Positions 15,355 through 28,446 are shown, numbered from the stretch's first letter. The stretch: 64,000 nucleotides of DNA from Eledone cirrhosa (GCA_964016885.1 OZ024745.1:36022001-36086000); one strand, 5' to 3'. Notes: generated from the sequence alone by a model not told the origin. Made by a program: numbers and translations.

Positions 15355-15744
15355 ACTCTCTTCTCTCTATCTCTCTCCTTTATTTATTTCTCTCTTTTTT
15401 CTTCCGTGTTCCTAAAGGAAGTTTTTAAGGAGTGGTTTGAGCGTATATCAGAGAAAATTGCAGCATGTATGTAGTTTTATCGAATTTTAAGGGGAGTAGA
15501 GAGAGATTATCAGATTGTATTAGAGGAGTAAAGCGTCATGTATTTAGTTTTATCGTTTATATCCGTAATTGTGGGTGATTTTGAAATAAATAAATAGTCA
15601 TTGATCTTAGTTAGACCATTTACAACATTCATACAGACTTTGAGTGTAATCGGTTTGACATTGTGCAAATGTATAAACATGGAACATGCACACACACACA
15701 CACAACAACAACAACAGCAACAACAACAATCTGCCTTTTATAGA
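14620..15744 (-). mobile_element. Non-autonomous Helitron
   Basis: Minus strand A|TCTATAAAAGG... 5' end; 3' GC-rich hairpin CCCGAGCAACGCCGGG 8 nt before CTAG|T; internal ~91-bp tandem (14929-15090) and (CT)n. The 5' boundary is less certain. Confidence 0.65.
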
Positions 15745-15761
15745 TAATGATATATATATAC

Positions 15762-16052
15762 AAATGAATATATGAGGGATGAACACCGATACACGTATAC
15801 ATGTGTTCGAATTGCAAATGACCAAGTTAGGTTGAATAATAATTGTTGCAAAACAAATTTAGAATTTGTCCGGGTATCCGGGCATCACGGCCATTGCAAA
15901 TATAGATTTGTTATTTTTATTGATTTATTATTTTAAATCGAGACAGGCAAACCATATTATGTTAAATTAGTATTTCAACTTAGCTAACTTGGTCATTTCC
16001 AATTCGAACACATGTATACATGTATCGGTGTTCATCCCTCATATATTCATTT
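15762..16052. repeat. Inverted repeat with ~68-bp arms (15762-15829 / 15984-16052) starting at a (TA) tract
   Basis: Read directly. Confidence 0.85.
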
Positions 16053-16998
16053 CTATTACACGGCTCAGAAATATTCCCTTCTTTGAGCTATTAAATTGTA
16101 AAAGACTATTTCGAGTTTATAACTCAATATATGATATATATATAATATTAAGGGTACTATTTATGGTTATGTATGCAATAAAACCATTAATGGTAATATA
16201 TTATATATACAAACCCTAAATAGTGAAAGATAGTCATTAATTACTATCCTATTACCAGTAAGATAAATAGCTCAATGTAATAACATCAGTTGTTTTACAG
16301 AGCAGTTATATAGAGATTACAATAATCAAAGTTCAGTTTAAGTCATTTATTTGCTTACAATTGTTTCCTCCAAACCGAGGTTTGGATTCTTCGGAGCAAC
16401 TATGTATTGTTCTATAACATACTTGACCTGCTTTTCAACCCAAGAGACACATAAAACATATGCGCATATTGATCAACAGTGGGGTGACATTCATCAAATG
16501 ATATAGCATGGCAATTTACATATAAAGGTTGCAGGATAAAAATAAAAAACAAGAATGAAAATAAAGATAAACATGAAGCGTTGGCAGTCTATGAAGATAA
16601 AGCAAGAGGAAAGTTTAGAGTAGTCAGTGTATGAAACAATCTCACGTGTAGCATGCACGCGTGTCTTATTTATACATGATTAGAGTGCGTCAGAATGATA
16701 TTTGCAGGGTCAGGCAGTTGAAGCAGGCAATCGATCTTATTATGTGGGTTGAATTATTAAGTCATTTATTCTCATACATCTGTATGATATACAGTCTCGG
16801 ATGCAGGGGAACACCAAAATATCAAAAACTTTCAACATACTATAAACCTTATTGTATCGTAGGCAAAGCCGTACCACTGTCTTCGCTCACACCACCACTC
16901 ACATAATCCATGAGACGCAATATATATAGAGAGCACGTGTCTATCGTATAATTCGCGGTGGTTCAGCATATAATCAAGCTATAAACCGTATCCAGTCG

Positions 16999-17318
16999 GT
17001 TCTTAATTAATAGATCATGCTGTCCAGATTCCGGAAGTGTCTGAATGACTAAGGGGAATTAATGCGTAAGGGGAGGTAACTAGCTAGTTATCTTAGTTAA
17101 ATTACTATCCTGAACTACATTAATGGTGATTCAAATACGTGCCTATCATATGAAGTTATAACTAATTTCTAGAGTATGTTACCCATTTATAGGTTAGAGA
17201 GTTGTCCGTTAAGAAGTACAAGGGTGTATATATTAGGATGATTACCATCCATTAAGGGGTGTCATATCTGAACGTTCTATAAGAGGAATCTGGACAGCAT
17301 GATCTATTAATTAAGAAC
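16999..17318. mobile_element. MITE-like element with 34-bp perfect inverted termini, inside the spacer of the larger fold-back
   Basis: GTTCTTAATTAATAGATCATGCTGTCCAGATTCC ... GGAATCTGGACAGCATGATCTATTAATTAAGAAC. Confidence 0.6.
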
Positions 17319-17763
17319 ATATAGTATGCTGAAAGTTTTTAATATTTTGGTGTTCCCCTGCATCCGAGACTGTATATCATACAGATGTATGAGAATAAAT
17401 GATTTAATAATTCAACCCACATAATAAGATCGATTGCCTGCTTCAACTGCCTGACCCTGCAAATATCATTCTGACGCACTCTAATCATGTATAAATAAGA
17501 CACGCGTGCATGCTACACGTGAGATTGTTTCATACACTGACTACTCTAAACTTTCCTCTTGCTTTATCTTCATAGACTGCCAACGCTTCATGTTTATCTT
17601 TAATTTCATTCTTGTTTTTATTTTTATCCTGCAACCTTTATATGTAAATTGCCATGCTATATCATTTGATGAATGTCACCCCACTGTTGATCAATATGCG
17701 CATATGTTTTATGTGTCTCTTGGGTTGAAAAGGAGGTCAAGTATGTTATAGAACAGTAAATAG

Positions 17764-17812
17764 TTGCTCCGAAGAATCCAAACCTCGGTTTGGAGGAAAC
17801 ATTTGTAAGCAA
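17764..17812 (+). ncRNA. Hammerhead variant (CCGAAGA core, A.G at base of stem II); mirror copy at 16351-16399, minus
   Basis: TTGCT-CCGAAGA-A-TCCAAACC-TC-GGTTTGGA-G-GAAAC-ATTT-GTA-AGCAA; the mirror copy has palindromic CAATTG in stem III. Confidence 0.7.
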
Positions 17813-18067
17813 ATAAATGACTTAAACTGAACTTTGATTATTGTAATCTCTCTCTCTCTATATATATATATATATAAATGAAGTTAATATGTCCACGGGT
17901 ACTAAGTACCCCTGGAAATATATAGGTTGTCTATGATACATGGTTGTTCAATGGTATTAATTTGACATACCAGAACTATAATATTGAGATAAGCAGAACA
18001 AGCAAAAATCTAACAATTTTTCAAAATAAATTAAAAAATATAATTTAAATATTTACTTACTCTAGTC

Positions 18068-18148
18068 GCTCTTACCGATCGGTTTCCCTTTACAAAACAT
18101 TTGAAATCCATGGGATTTCAATGGAAAAGTAAAGTTCATCAGAGAAGC
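18068..18148 (-). ncRNA. Hammerhead ribozyme motif with intact core
   Basis: Minus strand: GCTTCT-CTGATGA-A-CTTTAC..TTGAAATCC..GGATTTCAA..GTAAAG-G-GAAA-CCGATCGG-TA-AGAGC. Confidence 0.75.
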
Positions 18149-18218
18149 ATTTTCCTTTCCTAGGCCTAAAGTCCCATATATATATATATATATATGTGTG
18201 TGTGTATATATATATATA

Positions 18219-18600
18219 TAAATGGAATAGAATGAAACGAAATTTCATTTCTCACTCTTAGAACGGCACTAAGAGTGAGAAATGAAATTTCGTTTCATTC
18301 TATTCTATTTATCGTTTCCGGTGCGCCCGGCCCACTGAACTCACTCTATATGCAAATTAGGCTGCTCAGCCGTTAATATGCATTAGGAATGTATATACTT
18401 TCAAACGTTCAACCATCTGGCAGGAAGGTATACGATGCTGACAATAGCTAATAAGCTAGAAACTAGTATATCGTTCCTCTGTCAGTGTTGAACAAAAAGG
18501 TGACGTGGTTGCTTAAACACTGTACGGCGTAATTCGGGCTGTTTTTTTGTTTACAAACAAACAAACCGGGCATTAATATGAATGTTTGGTAAACCGATAC
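18219..18600 (+). mobile_element. PLE pLTR-like remnant with 5' fold-back (18219-18271 / 18279-18312) and hammerhead-like motif at 18432-18475
   Basis: ACGATG-CTGACAA-TAGCT-AATA-AGCTA-GAAA-CTAG-TA-TATCGT; (TA)n flanks. Confidence 0.65.
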
Positions 18601-18676
18601 GTGCATATATATATGTGTGCATGTATGTATATATATACATACTAGTGTACGTCTGTATACATATATGTATGTGCGT

Positions 18677-18842
<166 letters not shown>

Positions 18843-18852
18843 CGTATACATA

Positions 18853-19290
18853 TAGACGACGAATAGTTTGGCGACGTGGTTGGGGCCTACATGTTGGTAG
18901 AAATTATTCGAGAAGGAAAAGCAATTGAGGGTGAAGACTAGCTCGTCGAGGAGGGTCAGTTCGGGGTTTAAGAATAGATTGGAGTAAGGTGTCAAAGAGA
19001 TGCATGGCGTGCTTTATGTCGGATATGTGGGTGGGTATGGTCGCTACTACTTGTGCGATGATTGAGTCGAGGCAGGGGGAGATGAGTTCGGTGCACCTGT
19101 TGCAGGCGGAGAGATGGGAGGGCAAGATATCTGGATAGTGGTTTGGGGGGAGGAAATGAAATGTGGTGGTGCGTGGTGTGCGGAAGATCAGGTGGTGGGT
19201 AGGAGGGAGTAGGGGATGTGTTTTACTACGTTAGATCATACGTTTTGCTGGTATTGTAGGTTGAGATCGGAGAGGATGGAACCGTAGAAA
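18853..19290 (-). pseudogene. Penelope-like (Neptune-type) RT fragment with frameshifts and internal deletion
   Basis: [38 protein letters not shown] and [23 protein letters not shown] resemble PLE RT motifs 1-2 and B'. Confidence 0.7.
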
Positions 19291-19399
19291 AGGGGGCTAC
19301 GAATGCAACGTACCCATACATATTATTATTGAATATATACTATTCTCAGTGTCATAACTTAGTAGCAGCATTTATAATTTTAATCATTTTCATTAGAGT

Positions 19400-21100
19400 T
19401 TATCGATGATACCTCCATAAGTATTCATTTCCGTTCATTGTCTTCATTATTTTATTCTCTAAATTTAATATAGACAAATAAGGCCGTAGTCATCGCAGCT
19501 TTAGATAATTTGTCTCATTTCGAAACGTGTAACTCATTATCAAATTATTCATTAATCAACTTTTAATGTTCTACAATTCTTAACAATGAAGGTACGTAGA
19601 TGCTTATCAAATATTTTATAGGTAGCGTACGACGTGAACGACCTAGTATTATATAACTTAACATGTGTGTCTTTGTGTGTATGAAATATCTGTGGAATTT
19701 AATACTTGCATAGTTTTGGAAAATATTTTGTATATACCCCCACATCTCTGTGTATATTAAACATAGTCTTCTGTTTATTTAATAGATTATAAATTCTAAT
19801 GTTGACAAGCCATCTATTTAGTCCTAAATCAGGTATATTGAAAACAATATCCATATTATATTCCTCGGAGTTTATGTTCATATTATGTTCCTAAAGATGT
19901 TCACTAACTGGTATGAGCAGGAATATATTTATGAAGTATTCGGAAAAATAAGAAGATAATGATATTTCTTCTCATTCGCTTTCTCGGTGGAAATATACTG
20001 TTTCCAAGAACACATATTCTCAGTAATAACTGCCAGATAACTAAGGCCTTTTAATACCTCAGATATTTTCTGGAGCAAAGACTGTAAATTTGTTTCACTT
20101 ATTCTCTCTTTCGAAATTATAGTAGTTACAATGCACTTGTATTTAATTTCATATTAATCCATTTCCAAATCTTGATGAGATTATAGATGTTGAATTCGAT
20201 CTGGGAGTGGGCAAAATGTTGCTACTGAATAATAATAAAGTCTATTTAATTCCATCTTTTTATTAGTGTAATACTAAACTCCTTTATGTAAAATATAGGT
20301 TTTCATTTGCATTCCATTCTTTCCAGCATTGTTTATGAAGTGGTATTTTAAAAGTCTAATTTAATACTTAAATCCATAGAAATATAATTTATATTTTAAC
20401 ATATGTGTATCACATGTCAAATGCGATTATATTTCTTGAAATTCAAGTTCGTCTCATTACCAGAATTTAAACCCCATGGATTTTCCTTCGATATGGAAAC
20501 CAATCGTTCATGCCATGTTAGAGAATATGAAACATAATATTATATCCTCAATTATTCCGCTTCTTATTTCTTCCCTAACGCTATATATATCATGTTATAT
20601 TAAGGCTCAGCATGAGGGATTTGAATTACTACTTTATCTGTTATTTATCCTAAAATACATAAAATGTTATTGCATCAGATTTTCCTTTTTAATACAACTC
20701 ATTCTTGCTATTTTACTAACCACAAACGTTGTATACAATTCAATTATTCATAGTTGTTAAAGGATGACTAACATATATCTTATTTATATCATTCTGTGTA
20801 TAATCAGATAAAGTTAAATGTCCTCTCCAATGGGAAAACATAATATACAAATTTCAGTCCCAATGCTAAATTATGTATTTATAGCTAATAGTTACTAATA
20901 AATACATGTGACATATTGGTGTATACATATTGATAACACATTTATGTTATATGAGATCATTAACAATATAGAATAGTGTAATCAATAAAATATTTCCAAC
21001 AAATGAAGAAACGGATTATTTACACCCCACAATCATTACACATCTTATTTTTTCTATTTTCTATTTAGTTTCTATATACTTGTAAATTAAATAACAAATA
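19400..21100 (-). pseudogene. Possible very old non-LTR RT remnant
   Basis: Faint YMD-, FG..KC- and KYLG-like traces in the expected order; no clean ORF. Confidence 0.25.
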
Positions 21101-23469
21101 CAAGCCATAGTATATTATAAGCAAATCAAAGTAGTTGTGAGTACATGGCCAGAGTTTTAATTGTGGGCTAACTATGTTTATATCGTAATCACATGGTACC
21201 AGTTTCATCCTTCAATGCGCAGTAATTTGGTCATGTTTTTTCTAATATAAAATCTGCGGGACTTCGCATATAGTGTGAAATATCAGAGGTACAGAAACCA
21301 TGTATGTCGTTGCCAGTATAGATTTGTGAGACATATTAACGGTGACAGCTAGTGAAAGAACTGTGCCCGTGAGACGACATTGATTGTGGATGTTTTTTTT
21401 CTGCATCATGTTGTGGATATTCTAGACATAATAAAGACAATGTAGCATGGATTGGCCCACCGAAAACATGCAATCAAAACGCTCTTCTTCACCAATTGTA
21501 CAGTTAAATGGCACAAACTAAGAATTTTGAAGAATATTTTAATATACTATAGATTGCTGAAAATATCTATCTCAAAACGAACTACTTTATTTCACATATT
21601 TAGTATCCAACTATAGTATATACAAACAGGAAAATCACAAGTTTCAATCATTTTCATTTCATCAAACTAACAAAAAGAAACTATTAATCTACAAGTGTTT
21701 AAAGAAATATATTAACTAAAAGAAACTACAATCACGAAATAAACCTTACGAAAATGTTTCTAAAACCATATACACTTTAGAAAATAAGCTTTGGAATCTC
21801 TGAAGATCATATTGTAGAGCAAATATATTTTCTTGAAACTGTATACATATATGAATTGAAGACGATCACTGAGATATGTGAAATTGTGATACAGTTAAGA
21901 AATCAAATATTAGAAAGAATATAATATTTAATTATAAAGAAGTAGAATGCCTGTATGTATATATATGCATGTATATATGTATCATCTAACATAGATGTTT
22001 TGAGTATTATCTTCATGAAACATGAACATCCATACATTCCACACAATACAGTTTCAGAGAAATGTTTAACGTATGATGTAAACTACATATTCGTGTATGA
22101 ATTAAATATATTCTCCGGAAACAAAACTTAAGTCATAACATGAAGTATTAATGAATACAGGAGGAAATTTGCTGTTAATGCACATTTGATATTCAACATG
22201 GTTTGTATACAAAACACAAGTTCTAAAACCCAAAGAAGCTTCTCGGAGTATAGTATGATTTACTGTTCATGAATATAAGATGTGAAAGGAAGATTTCAAA
22301 TCATGTTATCGGAATTGAATGAATGTGTAAATGTTTCTTTGCTAGAAAGTACAAAATTAATATATGCTAAAGTTATGAAAACTGCAGAGAGAAATTAATA
22401 AACGTCTTGTTTATTTCAGAGTAGATATTGCCACAGGGACGGGTATTCTTGTATAATTTATTGCATGTTTCCGAGAAATGTTGGTAAATTATTTTTTTCT
22501 TTTTTTTTATTCGCCAATGTGATTATCATTGAACACGATCCAAATCGCCTCTGCACTTCCAACTCAAAGTTAAACTGTGACCTACTTTTACTACATTGTC
22601 ACAGACAGGCATTATGCACATTATATCATGTAGTATTATCTCGTTAAATAATAACATACGCATTGCATAAATCATAAAATGATAGTAAATATTTAGTACA
22701 CCTAAACTATTTTAAGAAACAATATTTCAAGGTATACACATATAATTGTCCACGCTTACCAAAATAATTCTTAACAATTATGACAATCCCAGTCTGTACA
22801 TATTTCCTGCCACCAATTTTCTCTTAGTAAGAATATGTGGGCAAAAATGATGCCGATTTTTCTATTGAAAACATCATCATGAGGGACGTAGGTAAGCCAA
22901 TAGTAATATATAAATATCTTCAGTAAGTTTCTTGTATTCGAACGTCAATTCGTCTACGTTATTCTACTTCAATATATTAGAACATATGAGGTAAGTCCGA
23001 AATACATTAGAATCTAATTAGGCGATCTAATGAGAGGAAAAAGCACCTTCATCTGGAAATGTTAATGTTCTTGCCGGAGTTATTTAATTAATAATATTTT
23101 ACAGAAGCATAATTCTAATTTTAATTAACTGAGATTTCGGTATTGTCACATCTACCTGCCTTGATCAGAATTACTACGTAACAGCGTTAGAATTGATTGA
23201 TTATAAATAACTTACTATTAAACATGCTAACGCAAATTAAATAAATATTCAAATTATTATTCCTGCATATAAAAGATTAACAGTAATATAGATATTTGAA
23301 GAAGGACTAAGAGTAATGCAAATATGGAACACCTACTTCGTAGCCATCTAGAGATGTATACTCCAAACCTATAATAATTAAAGGAAGGTAATTTGCTTGC
23401 GGAAGGAGCAGTATTTTAGAAAGCTATAGCAATGGAAACAGGCACTATAAAACATTGTTTTCTATAAAC

Positions 23470-23484
23470 TTCTTCTTCTTCTTC

Positions 23485-23544
<60 letters not shown>
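23470..23544. repeat. (TTC)5(TTA)20 tract at the 3' flank of Dong copy 1
   Basis: Read directly. Confidence 0.97.
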
Positions 23545-23545
<1 letters not shown>

Positions 23546-23689
23546 AGTTGAAATTTATCTTGCTTTATGTTCATACGAGTTATCACCAAGTCACAACCAG
23601 TGACATCAAGAGACAACAAGGTCCGCCATGTTCAAGAAAGAACATACATATTCACACATGCATCTTTAGTGTTTAGACTTGTGATGTAC

Positions 23690-26600
23690 TTATATTGACA
23701 GAATCTTCCTTAGTATATGGGCAGTTCCCATTAGTACTATCTTTTGTATTTCTCCTATACGCGGGTTTCCTGGGATTTGCGATATGTAATCATTAGACCC
23801 CTTAGGTATCATTCCCAGAGCGCCTACAACCACTGGTATTGTTTTAGTTCTCAATTTCCACATTTTTCCAATTTCTATCTCCAGGTCCTTATACTTGCTC
23901 AATTTTTCAAATGTTTTTATAGATACATTCTTGTCTATTGGAACAGACATATCAATTAGCAGGCATACCCTCTTTTGAAAGTCTTTCAATATTATATCAG
24001 GTCTGTTTGCATCTATTTTTCGGTCTGTTTGGATGCTAAAGTTCCACAAGATTGAGATGTCATCTTTTTCAAGTATGGGAGGTGGTTGATGCTCCCACCA
24101 ATTCTTTTGATGGGGCAGGTCAAAATACTTACACGTTATCCAATGTATGTATTGTGCAGCTCTGTCATGCCTGTTTAGGTATTCGGTTGGAGCTATAGGA
24201 CTGCACATTGAAATTATATGGTCAATGGTCTCTGGTTGTTTTTTGCATACACGGCATAATGGGCTGCACCCATTTTTTATTATGTTGGCTTGGTAATTTT
24301 TTGTTGGCAGACACTGATCTTGTGCTGATATAATCAGTCCTTCAATCTCCGATTTCAGTCCAGAGGATGCCAACCACTGATGGATTAAAGTTTTGTCAAA
24401 ATCAGGATTGTTAGCTCGCTCTGGGTATTTTCCATACAGAGGCTTTTCTTGCCATTTCTTAGCCAGTTTCTGAAGCAGTTCTTTCTTTGCAGTTACTTTT
24501 ACCTGCTTTGCTTTTTCTGTGTTTTCCATTTCAGCAGTAAATGGGACTTCTGAAATTTGTAGTCCATTACTGTATATTTGTGCATCTTTTGTAATGGAAT
24601 ATGATCTTTTGATGCTTTCGTGTTTCAAAACGAGTTTGATCATCCGATCATGTGATTCCCTTAGATATGTAGATAATCCAATTGTTGCAGTTTTCAACGC
24701 AATGTCTAACTGGATTAACCCACGTCCTCCTTCTTTCCTAGGGAGATATATTCTATCTATATCTGCCTTAGGGTGATGCATTCTGTGCATGGTTAAGAAT
24801 TTTCGAATTCTTGTATCGAGCCTACGGATCTCTGTGCTTGACCAGTTGATGACATTGTAACTGTAGCTTACTACTGGTATGGCAAGCGTGTTTATGGCAT
24901 CGATCCTATTCCTTGCATTCAATTCCGTTTTTAAGATTGCTCTCACTCTGCGGTAACATTCCTTCCTTATCCTTTCCCTCATTGTCGAGTGCTTGATTCC
25001 GTCTCCTTCACAAACACCTAGATATTTGTAAGTTATTTCTTGATCAAGTTCTCTTATCACGTTCCCCCGATCAAGATTAATGTCTGAACTCTTCAGCAGC
25101 TTTCCTCTGGTGAACGTTGCTTTGGCGCATTTATCTAGTCCAAACTCCATTTTAATGTCATCACAGTGGATAATAGCCCTTGCAATTGTTCATCATTTTT
25201 TGCAAATAGTTTCAGGTCATCCATGTAGAACAGGTGATTAATGGTTTTGTCATAGACTTTATATCCATGTTTTGTTTCATTGAGCATTTTACTTAATGGT
25301 ATAAGTGCGATGCAGAATAAAAGCGGTGATAAAGAGTCACCCTGAAAAATTCCACACTTAATATTAACTTCTCCAGCTTCCAGTGATTTTGTTTCACTAT
25401 TCAAAAGGAGTGTCGTTTTCCATGTCTTCATACTGAATGACAAAAACCTCCTGACAACGGGGAATACTTTGAAAATCTCTAAACATTTTTCAATCCAACT
25501 GTGTGGCAAACTATCAAATGCTTTTTTATAATCTATCCAAGCAATCGATAGATTTTTGCGTCTATTATGACAATCTTCCAGTATCATTTTGTTAACCAGA
25601 AGCTGATCCTTACAGCCATATGAGCCTCGTTTACACCCTTTCTGCTCATGGGAAATAGGTCATTTGTTATCAGGTGGTCATATGTGTATTCAGTTAGGAC
25701 TGATGTTAACATTTTATACATTGTGGTCAAGCAAGTTATCGGTCTGTAATTTTTGGGATTGTTTGTCTCATCATTCTTCGGAAGCAGGAATTTAATGCCG
25801 TTAACTAGCCATGAGGGTATCTTTTCTGGCTCCTTAACTATTTCATTGTAAAGTTGGGCTAACAGCTCATGAGACTCTGTGAAGGCATTTATCCAAATGT
25901 TTTGTATTTTGTCTTTTCCTGGGGATTTCCATTTGCTGGTTTTTCTTAGAGCCAAGCGCAACTGTTCAACTGTTATATTTTCCCATGTTTGTTCCTCAAG
26001 GTGAGCTGTATCTTTCATTTGTCTGTCTATCCATGGGGCATGTATGTTATGAACTTTTTCTTCGGCCCAGATCTTTTCCCAGAATTCTTGCACTTCCTCC
26101 TTGGGTGGTATTGATTTAGCAGTTATTGTTGACTTACCAATTTTTCTGTAGAAGTTTCTTTGGTTGTTTTTGAACATATTATTGTCCTTATAGAATCTAG
26201 ATCGTTTTTCAAAGCGCATTATACGATTAGCTTTGGCCGACACTTTTTGCTTGATTATTTCTATCAGCATGTCTATGTCACATGTTGATTTTATACTGTA
26301 CTTTTTTTTCAATTTTCTAAGTTTAGTTTGTTTAACATGTTCACCTACTTTATAGTTTGTTAACATTTCTATGTCAGATCAGAGAAGGTTTATTTGGCGA
26401 TTGATGTTCTCTTGCCAAGTAGATTTCTTGTGGGAATTCCTTTGTTTTTTCATCTTCACTCCACATAAGTGAGTGGTGACTTTAGCCGATGCATAATAGA
26501 GATGATTTAAATCAGTAATGTTTAGTTTATTTGTGATGATAATGTTTTTGAGAATTATGTTAGTCTTGTGTATTATCTTTTGGTTCTGTTTGGAGTTCTG

Positions 26601-27326
26601 GATCTTAGGGAGGGTGTCTCGTTGCCCCATGTCAGATTCTTTCATGTTCATCCATTCGATCACAATTTCATCCTTTAAGTTGGCAAGTTCATTCTCATTC
26701 ATTTCTTTATCATTTACGATCTCATTATTTTCATTTGGAGTTTCATCCTGAGCATGCACTCCCTCCACTGTTTCGATCCTTTCTTTAATTTTTTCTGTTG
26801 CCAGTGATTCCGCCCCAACCCTGGGATTCGAAGTGTTACAGTTTACCTCGTTTTCACTGACACATGTTTCATTTTCCCCTCGCTGACTTTGTGCTAATAG
26901 CTTGATCTGATCAATTTCTATATCAGTTAGTAACTTTTTTCTTACAATATTTCTTCGTATATTGGCTAGTTTGTTGCTGTCAATATAGCATCTTTTTTCG
27001 GGATGTTTCTTTTTCCAGTTGATATATGTCTGTTCTGTATTCGATGTATTTGATGGGTAGTACATGGCAGTGTAGAAAGCCTCAAGGACTTCTTTATTAT
27101 CTTCCCTTGACCATTTTTCTCTCTTTTTCTTTGGATTTCGTGGTGGTGAGCATGGAGGGCCAACAGTAGGAGTATTCCGGTTATGGGAGGTCTCCAGCTC
27201 CGAAGTGATAGGAAGGTTTGAACCATTAGCTGATTTTTCGACCCCAGCCTGGTTCCTCTCTGAGGGACGCGGCCCTTTTTTACCCGGGTGACGGCCGATC
27301 CGGTATGAGATTTTATCATTAGACAT
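23690..27326 (-). pseudogene. R4/Dong polyprotein (~1200 aa) broken by a stop at 26379, a 1-bp deletion near 25648 and a 13-bp deletion near 25163
   Basis: KWSREDNKEV (Myb-like), NYRPITCL, GIFQGDSLSP, FYMDDLKL, YKYLG, CRVC..HIISMC, RHD, RPDI..LIDMS..K..KY. Confidence 0.92.
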
Positions 27327-27344
27327 TTACTTTATTTTGTCGCG

Positions 27345-27480
27345 TTTTATCCTTATCCGCCAAGGGGTAATCATTTCGTGTTACCACTTCTAGAACGAGT
27401 GTCAACCAAGACTAGAGGGGTCGTTCTCCCCTAGAGACACGGCTATTCCCCGCCGGCCGCCATCCCGGTATTTCTTGGTC
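27345..27480 (-). ncRNA. Candidate pseudoknotted RNA element upstream of the Dong ORF (also at 32536-32665)
   Basis: Pairings GACCAAGA/TCTTGGTT, GTGTC/GACAC, AGAACGA/TCGTTCT, GGGG/CCCC, GGTAA/TTACC and CCTT/AAGG are present in both copies. Confidence 0.5.
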
Positions 27481-28446
27481 GCGGTGTTTTCATTTTGTTG
27501 TTTTTTTAAATTGTTATTATCATGTGTGGTTCCTTAATGTGTGCATTGCGTGGCTTAAGAATGAAATTATTAATAATTGTCTCCACTCCAGGCACAAGGC
27601 CAGCAATCACCCAGTGCATTACAATAATATAATATACTTTTTGTTGTGGTTGGCTGTTATTGTTGTTGGCTATGTCGGTGGTGGTGCCGGGGCTTTTTAT
27701 ATTGTTGGTGAGGAAGGGGTGAGCCAGCAGTCCCATAATTGTTGATGTGGCCAGGTCACTAAGTCAATCTATTTATATCTTTTGCTAGCCTCTCCCTTGT
27801 CTAGTGATACCGCCACCTTCCCCTTTCTCTCTTAAGTTAACAGGGGAATAGTGGTGGTAGCATTGAAGGAGTGGTGGCGGCGGGGAGATGTGGGAGACAG
27901 TAGCGACGGTATCGATACTGAGACAGTGGTGGTGGTGATGTCGATACCGAGGCAGTGGTGGCGGTGATGTGATCGTATTACTGTAGCGATGGTGTTGTAG
28001 CGGTGGAAGCAATGAGGGAGTGGTGGCGGCGGTGATAGGATAGTGGTGGTAATGATGGCAGTAGTGAGTGGTGGTGGTGAAATTGCCGTTATCTGGCTGT
28101 TGTGTTTAGTGTACACAGAGAGGTGATAGTGTAGGTGTTGTATCTAGTTTCTGGTGTTGTTTGGCTGTTCTATATAGCGTAGACAGAGGAGGGGGGGGGG
28201 TTCTTCTTCCATTTATAGCCATTTTCTTCTTTGAATATACAATGTACAATACAAAGTTGAATATTTGAATATTTGAGCCTTATAACAATATATTTTGGGT
28301 CCGAATTTTTTTGGGGCTCAAGCCGGATGCTTTACGTAGCATTTGTACTAAGAGTTGTTATTTCACAAATGATTTAAATATGTTAAAAATTCAAAACTTA
28401 CGGGAGCAATTTCATGACCTTCTACCACCTCGTGCGTCTTCTTCCC

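Larger units (their letters stand above)
16312..17852. mobile_element. PLE-type inverted pLTR pair (~530-bp arms, 16312-16844 / 17320-17852)
   Basis: Near-identical inverted arms, each with a hammerhead-like motif followed by AATAAA. Confidence 0.8.
23545..28446 (-). mobile_element. R4/Dong-clade RLE non-LTR retrotransposon, copy 1 (full length, disrupted)
   Basis: Single ORF with Myb-like, RT, CCHC and PD-(D/E)xK domains; (TAA)n on both sides; collinear with copy 2. Confidence 0.92.

Noticed and set aside
22820-23000. Plus-strand exons ending at GTAAG donors
   Set aside because: No convincing ORF or acceptor; such motifs are expected by chance.
28380-28446. HDV-like ribozyme at the Dong 5' end
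   Set aside because: A CCTCGT L3-like word lies on the antisense strand, and no P1/P2/P4/J4-2 arrangement could be built on the sense strand.
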